20,000 nt of DNA from an uncultured virus (IMG/VR IMGVR_UViG_3300047443_000138) (taxonomy: Duplodnaviria; Heunggongvirae; Uroviricota; Caudoviricetes): IMG/VR virus record IMGVR_UViG_3300047443_000138. One strand, given 5' to 3'. Numbering within the stretch: position 1 is the stretch's first letter; each line of letters begins with the position of its first letter. Of this stretch, positions 15,892 through 20,000 are shown in pieces. Under the pieces are notes generated by a model. That model ran no database searches, was not told where the DNA came from, and saw only the letters and a program-made list of their open reading frames with translations. The translations under genes and the position numbers were made by a program.

Positions 15892-16482
15892 TTAGAGGCC
15901 GGACCAGACGTTGCCGAGGCTGCTGCCGACGGAGCCGCCGAGCTGCTGGACGAGCGGGCCGAAGAAGGTGGGGGCGAGGTACACGCCGAGGGCGACGCAC
16001 GCTGCAGCCTGGACGAACTTGACGTGCCCCTTGCGGACCATGACGATCACGACGATCAGGAGGCCAACGCCCATGGCGACGGTGACGCTGATCGCTCCCC
16101 CGCCCGCCTGGGTGGTGATCTGCTGGTTGTAGCCGGTCTGCTGGCCGGTGACGGGGTTCTGGATGGCGGCACCCTGCCCGCCGTCGGTGGTGAGCCCGGT
16201 GGTGATGCCGGCCGGGTCGGTGGTGTCCGACTTGGCGGCGGCCTGGATGATCACGGAGTGCTGCTCGGGGCTGGCCTTGTAGGCGGCGGCGTCCATGCCG
16301 CGGACGTGGACGACGCGGCCGTCCGGCATGTTCACCGGGGCTCCGGTGGCCCGGGTGATGACGGTCTGCATGTCGGCGGCGGACGCGGTCGGAGCGGTCG
16401 CGGTGGTGATGGCGGCGGCGCCTCCGAGGAGGGCTACGGCCGCGCTGCCCGAGACGGCGATCCGGCGGATGGTCTGGTTCAT
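15892..16482 (-). CDS. Exported/membrane protein of the transfer module
   Basis: Signal peptide ending ASA-A, soluble middle region, C-terminal two-TM hairpin (GLLIVVIVMVRKGHVKFVQAAACVALGVYLA). Confidence 0.8.
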   Translation of the reverse strand: MNQTIRRIAVSGSAAVALLGGAAAITTATAPTASAADMQTVITRATGAPVNMPDGRVVHVRGMDAAAYKASPEQHSVIIQAAAKSDTTDPAGITTGLTTDGGQGAAIQNPVTGQQTGYNQQITTQAGGGAISVTVAMGVGLLIVVIVMVRKGHVKFVQAAACVALGVYLAPTFFGPLVQQLGGSVGSSLGNVWSGL

Positions 16483-16505
16483 GACGATCTCTCCTGAGGG
16501 GTCGG

Positions 16506-17891
16506 TTAGTTGTCGCTCGGGCGGGAGTTCTTGGCGGTGATGGCGGCCTGCTTCCGGGCGGCCGGAACGTACTTTTCGGTGTCGCCCTTGGTGCGCCGTC
16601 CGGCGCGCGCCGGCGGGTTGTAAATGCGCTGCTTCCGAGTGGGGGGCATTTGCGATGCACGCTGCGCACTCGTGGTCTTGCTGAGGGTGTTCACGGAGGC
16701 GTTTTCGCGAGCCAGTTCGACGCGCTTCGCGGCGGCGTTGCGGGCCCGGATCGTCTCCGCGTCCTCGCCCGGGTCGGCGCCGCGGACGTCCTTGTGGGCG
16801 CGCCGCCAGATGGCCTCCGTGACGCTCGCCTCTCCGAGTGCCGCGGCCAGCTTCTTGGCGTGGTCCCAGACGTCCTTGAAGTTCTCCTCGCGGTCCTTCG
16901 CGAGCTTCTCCGCAGCCTCTGCAGCCGCCTTCTTGGCAGCCTCCTTCTCGAAGCGCTGCGTCTTCTCCTCAAGCTTCTTCAGGGCTTCCGCCCTGGCCTC
17001 ATCCCGCTTCTTCGCCTTCCGCTCCCGCCGGGTGAGAGCGCCGTCGCGCTTACGGAGTCGGCCGTGCTCGTGGAGGTCCCACACACCGGGGCCAGCGATC
17101 GACGCGAACGCGGTCGCGAGGGCAGTGCCGGGGTCGAAGCTGTGGAGGCCGTGGTACAGGTTGATCGCGGCGGCGATCAGGGCGAGCAGCCAGACGATGG
17201 CCCGGTAGTGCCAGACCGGCCGCTTGCTGACGGCAGCAGCCCGAGCCCCTCGGTGCACGACCCAGGCGGCGCCCTCCAACATCACCGGGGCGGCGGCCAT
17301 CCAGGGGGCGTGCGGGTTCCAGAAGAACGACATCTGGACGGGCAGGGAGACGATGCCGCAGACGACCGCGAAGCGGATCGCGTAGGCCCGCCACTTCTCG
17401 TCGGCCTCGGCGATCTCCTGAGCGTCCTTCTGCTCGGCCGCCTTCCCTTCCTTGGCCGCCTCGTTGGCCTCGGCGCGTGCCCGGTTGGCTTCGTCGCGCT
17501 TGAGGTTCGACTCGGCGATACGGGCCTCGCTCGCGGCGTCGTCCTCACGCGCCCGGCGCTCAGCCTTGTCGTTGAGCAGACGCTGCTTGCGGGCGTCTTC
17601 CTCGGCCTTGATGCGGGTGGCGTCGGCTTCGGCCTGCGCCTTGATGCGGCGCTCCTCGGCGTCGGCTTCGGCGGCGATGCGCTGCTCTTCGGACTTGGCC
17701 CACGCTTCGGCACGAATGGCCTCGGCCTTGGCCTGGGCAACCACGTCGGACTCTGCGACGGCCGGCTGAGCGGTTGGGGGTTCGACGTTCTCGGCCTGGG
17801 TGGCGGTGGCCTCTATGGGCTGCCAGTCCCCCAGTACGGGCGGGGCAGGCGGCCGGGTGTGGCCGTTCACCTTCGGCGGACTGGCAGTCAT
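16506..17891 (-). CDS. SpdB-like (DUF2637-type) plasmid spreading protein
   Basis: N-terminal coiled coil, about 4 TM helices, second coiled coil and basic tail; upstream of traB; RBS AAGGA. Confidence 0.7.
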   Translation of the reverse strand: MTASPPKVNGHTRPPAPPVLGDWQPIEATATQAENVEPPTAQPAVAESDVVAQAKAEAIRAEAWAKSEEQRIAAEADAEERRIKAQAEADATRIKAEEDARKQRLLNDKAERRAREDDAASEARIAESNLKRDEANRARAEANEAAKEGKAAEQKDAQEIAEADEKWRAYAIRFAVVCGIVSLPVQMSFFWNPHAPWMAAAPVMLEGAAWVVHRGARAAAVSKRPVWHYRAIVWLLALIAAAINLYHGLHSFDPGTALATAFASIAGPGVWDLHEHGRLRKRDGALTRRERKAKKRDEARAEALKKLEEKTQRFEKEAAKKAAAEAAEKLAKDREENFKDVWDHAKKLAAALGEASVTEAIWRRAHKDVRGADPGEDAETIRARNAAAKRVELARENASVNTLSKTTSAQRASQMPPTRKQRIYNPPARAGRRTKGDTEKYVPAARKQAAITAKNSRPSDN

Positions 17892-17947
17892 GGCGCTGGG
17901 TGTCCTTCCTGGACTCGGTGGAGGTACGGGATGGTTTGCAGTGGGGG

Positions 17948-18082
17948 TTAGCTCTTGGTGCGGGGCCGGGAGCAGCCCTTGCCGGGAGGGCAGATGGGCT
18001 TCTTGAAGCCGAGGAGCGTCCGCTCCGGCTCGGCTCCCGGCTGGCCACAGACCCAGCAGTTGGGCTTCTTGTCGTTGGTCAC
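17948..18082 (-). CDS. Tiny 4-Cys protein (44 aa)
   Basis: MTNDKKPNCWVCGQPGAEPERTLLGFKKPICPPGKGCSRPRTKS; RBS GAGGA. Confidence 0.6.
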   Translation of the reverse strand: MTNDKKPNCWVCGQPGAEPERTLLGFKKPICPPGKGCSRPRTKS

Positions 18083-18105
18083 GGGATTTCGGTCCTCTCA
18101 GGTGG

Positions 18106-18279
18106 CTAGTCGATGCGGTCGACGGTGACGATCAGGTCGCGCGGGTCGGTCCTCGCCGCGGCGATCCGCCGGTCGAGGTCGTCCTCGTCGTAGACCGCGA
18201 TCGAGTCGAACGGGGCGCCGGAGACCGGGTCGACCTTCGCGCCGATACGGGACGTGGCGGTGAGAATCCAGGTCGGCAT
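18106..18279 (-). CDS. Hypothetical protein (57 aa)
   Basis: MPTWILTATSRIGAKVDPVSGAPFDSIAVYDEDDLDRRIAAARTDPRDLIVTVDRID; RBS AGGAG; better codon pattern than the tracked 18098-18286 frame. Confidence 0.65.
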   Translation of the reverse strand: MPTWILTATSRIGAKVDPVSGAPFDSIAVYDEDDLDRRIAAARTDPRDLIVTVDRID

Positions 18280-18371
18280 CAGACACTCCTCATCACGTCG
18301 AGGACGCGCCCGTCTGCGGTGACGTAGATCCCGTCCTCGCAGACCGGGCTAGGGCGGCCCACGGCGGTCAC
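18279..18371 (-). CDS. Tiny hypothetical protein (30 aa)
   Basis: MTAVGRPSPVCEDGIYVTADGRVLDVMRSV; GTGA and TGATG overlaps with both neighbours. Confidence 0.45.
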   Translation of the reverse strand: MTAVGRPSPVCEDGIYVTADGRVLDVMRSV

Positions 18372-18574
18372 GCCGCCGGGAGGCTGCGCTGGTAGCCGCG
18401 GATGTCGGCGTCGGTGAAGCCGAGGCGCCGGGCGGCAGCCTGGTCACGGTTGAAGCCGGCGAGCTCCGTGCGGTCGAGGGGCCGGCGGTCGGCCTCCCGG
18501 CCGTCCTTCATCTCGAGGCCGACGGCCGCCGTGTACAGGGCGTCGTTCTCGGCCTTGGTCAGATTGCTGCGCAT
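18368..18574 (-). CDS. Hypothetical protein (68 aa)
   Basis: RBS GAGGA, high GC3. Confidence 0.7.
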   Translation of the reverse strand: MRSNLTKAENDALYTAAVGLEMKDGREADRRPLDRTELAGFNRDQAAARRLGFTDADIRGYQRSLPAA

Positions 18575-18611
18575 GTGGATCAGTCCTCTCGGGGTGGGGT
18601 GGGTGGATTGG

Positions 18612-18767
18612 TTAGTGGTCGCTGCTGTCGCCGGCGAGCTCGGCTTCGCGGTTCTCGGCGGCCTCCCGTGTCGGGTACGACGCGGTCCAGGAGTCGCCCT
18701 CGACGCGGTACTCGGCCCGCAGTACGCGCGGGGTCTCGCTGGGGACGAAGCTCTCCTCGATCGGCAT
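18612..18767 (-). CDS. Small acidic hypothetical protein (51 aa)
   Basis: MPIEESFVPSETPRVLRAEYRVEGDSWTASYPTREAAENREAELAGDSSDH; RBS GAGGGAG. Confidence 0.6.
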   Translation of the reverse strand: MPIEESFVPSETPRVLRAEYRVEGDSWTASYPTREAAENREAELAGDSSDH

Positions 18768-18880
18768 TCCTTCTCCCTCGGTGCGGTGGATGGGTGGTGG
18801 CGCGCGCCCCGGGCCGGATCTGATCCGGCGCCCTCACGGCTGGGCCGGGGCTGGATAATGCAGGTGGATCGAGCGGCCGG

Positions 18881-19141
18881 TCAGGCGGCGGCCTGGGTGT
18901 CGCGGAGGGCCTCATGCAGGGCGCGCACCTGGCTCTCCAGTTCGGCGATCTCCTTGCGCAGCTGGGTGTTGGACTGACCGAGGCGTTCGGCGTGGGTGGC
19001 AGTGGTGCGCAGCGTCTCGGTGAGCCGGGTCACGAGGACCACCACGTCGACGCGGGGCAGGTCGGGGCTGGTGATGTCGGCAGCTTCGACCTCGGCGATC
19101 ACCTGTCGGCTGTCGCTGACGTAGTGGGCGGTCAGGCTCAT
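18881..19141 (-). CDS. Coiled-coil hypothetical protein (86 aa)
   Basis: ATG at 19141 with RBS AAGGG; heptad-like C-terminus. Confidence 0.7.
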   Translation of the reverse strand: MSLTAHYVSDSRQVIAEVEAADITSPDLPRVDVVVLVTRLTETLRTTATHAERLGQSNTQLRKEIAELESQVRALHEALRDTQAAA

Positions 19142-19182
19142 TGGGTGTCCCTTCCGTTCGGGGGGGGCGGGGGGGGTGGACG

Positions 19183-19380
19183 TCAGGCGGCGGCCGGGTA
19201 GTCGACGCCGGCCAGCTCGTCGACAAGGAGCAGCAGTTCGTCGGCCAGAGACGGCTCGAACGGGTGGTCCTTGTCGTAGGCCTTCGCTGCGGCCTTCACC
19301 TCGGCGATCCAGGCCTGGTTGCCGGAGTCGAAGGCGGCCCGGTACTCGGCCAGGAACGCGGTACGGGTCTGACTGGACAT
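19183..19380 (-). CDS. Hypothetical helical protein (65 aa)
   Basis: High GC3, upstream GAGGA. Confidence 0.7.
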   Translation of the reverse strand: MSSQTRTAFLAEYRAAFDSGNQAWIAEVKAAAKAYDKDHPFEPSLADELLLLVDELAGVDYPAAA

Positions 19381-19435
19381 GACGGATCACAGATCCTCTC
19401 GGGATCACAGAAGGTGGGTGGGGGGTGGAACGGGG

Positions 19436-19597
19436 TCAGGCGGTGGTGTGGGCGTCGCGGATGTCGGTGAGGCTCGCGCCCAAGTTCTGCGCGTCCTGCA
19501 CCGTCTGCTGCATGTTGTGGAACGTGACGCTGTCCGGCGCATCGATGTGCGCCCGCACGGCGTCCGCAGCAGCCTGAACCGCAGTGTTCTTGTCCAT
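19436..19597 (-). CDS. Hypothetical protein (53 aa)
   Basis: MDKNTAVQAAADAVRAHIDAPDSVTFHNMQQTVQDAQNLGASLTDIRDAHTTA; RBS AAGGG. Confidence 0.6.
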   Translation of the reverse strand: MDKNTAVQAAADAVRAHIDAPDSVTFHNMQQTVQDAQNLGASLTDIRDAHTTA

Positions 19598-19702
19598 GAC
19601 GAATCAGCCCTTCCGGGTCAGCAGGAACAGGTGGGGGTAGTGCGGGGGGTGCACCGCGGGCGGGGACGGGGGGTTGTCGACCCGCCCGCGGTGGTCTGGG
19701 GG

Positions 19703-19816
19703 TTAGCGCTGCTGCTGGGCGAGGAGCTGGCGTGCAGCCTCGGCAGCCAGAGCGGCGGCTGTCGCCTCGGCGATGCGCTGCTGGGCGAGAGCGTCAGCGG
19801 CTTCCTGTTCGGTCAC
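19703..19816 (-). CDS. Tiny Ala/Gln-rich helical peptide (37 aa)
   Basis: GTG start with RBS GAGGAGG, GTGA overlap. Confidence 0.55.
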   Translation of the reverse strand: MTEQEAADALAQQRIAEATAAALAAEAARQLLAQQQR

Positions 19817-19980
19817 GACTTCACCTCCTCGTCCGAAACGACGAGGAACCTGTCGGTCGGCTGGTCCATGACCACGGTCACCGGGATGCCGTTGTTGCGG
19901 AGCTCCTGCGCCAGCTCCTCCGCGGGGAACTGGCCGCGCGGGTGACCGGCCGGAGACTCGGCGAGAACCTTGCGGGCCAT
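19813..19980 (-). CDS. Hypothetical protein (55 aa)
   Basis: MARKVLAESPAGHPRGQFPAEELAQELRNNGIPVTVVMDQPTDRFLVVSDEEVKS. Confidence 0.6.
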   Translation of the reverse strand: MARKVLAESPAGHPRGQFPAEELAQELRNNGIPVTVVMDQPTDRFLVVSDEEVKS

Positions 19981-20000
19981 CACCGCACCCCCGGCTTCGG

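Larger units (their letters stand above)
1..20000 (-). mobile_element. Prophage region carrying an actinomycete conjugation module
   Basis: terL/terS, typical actinophage small ORFs and traB/spd genes co-oriented; no housekeeping genes; element ends not visible in the window. Confidence 0.85.

Noticed and set aside
18328..18345. Sequence resembling the IS target site (CCCGTCCTCGCA)
   Set aside because: Short GC-rich match encoding VCEDG in an unrelated tiny ORF; no IS ends nearby, probably chance.

Overview
High-GC (Streptomyces-like) prophage segment with nearly all genes on the minus strand. Reading right to left: a dense string of tiny ORFs; an actinomycete conjugation module (SpdB-like coiled-coil/membrane protein, an exported membrane protein, a TraB-like FtsK/SpoIIIE translocase, and a symmetric 150-bp repeat locus directly downstream of it, a clt candidate); more small ORFs, the last one interrupted by an intact IS256; a small divergent ribbon-helix-helix-like regulator with three palindromic operators; a moron-like membrane protein; a Zn-ribbon regulator followed by a promoter and terminator (lambda Q/pR'/tR'-like layout); a secreted GH16 glycanase; and the small and large terminase genes. 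The main point of interest is that a TraB/clt/Spd conjugation module and a phage packaging module appear co-linear in one element, suggesting a prophage that may move both as a virion and by mycelial conjugation. Family assignments come from motif recognition, not database searches.
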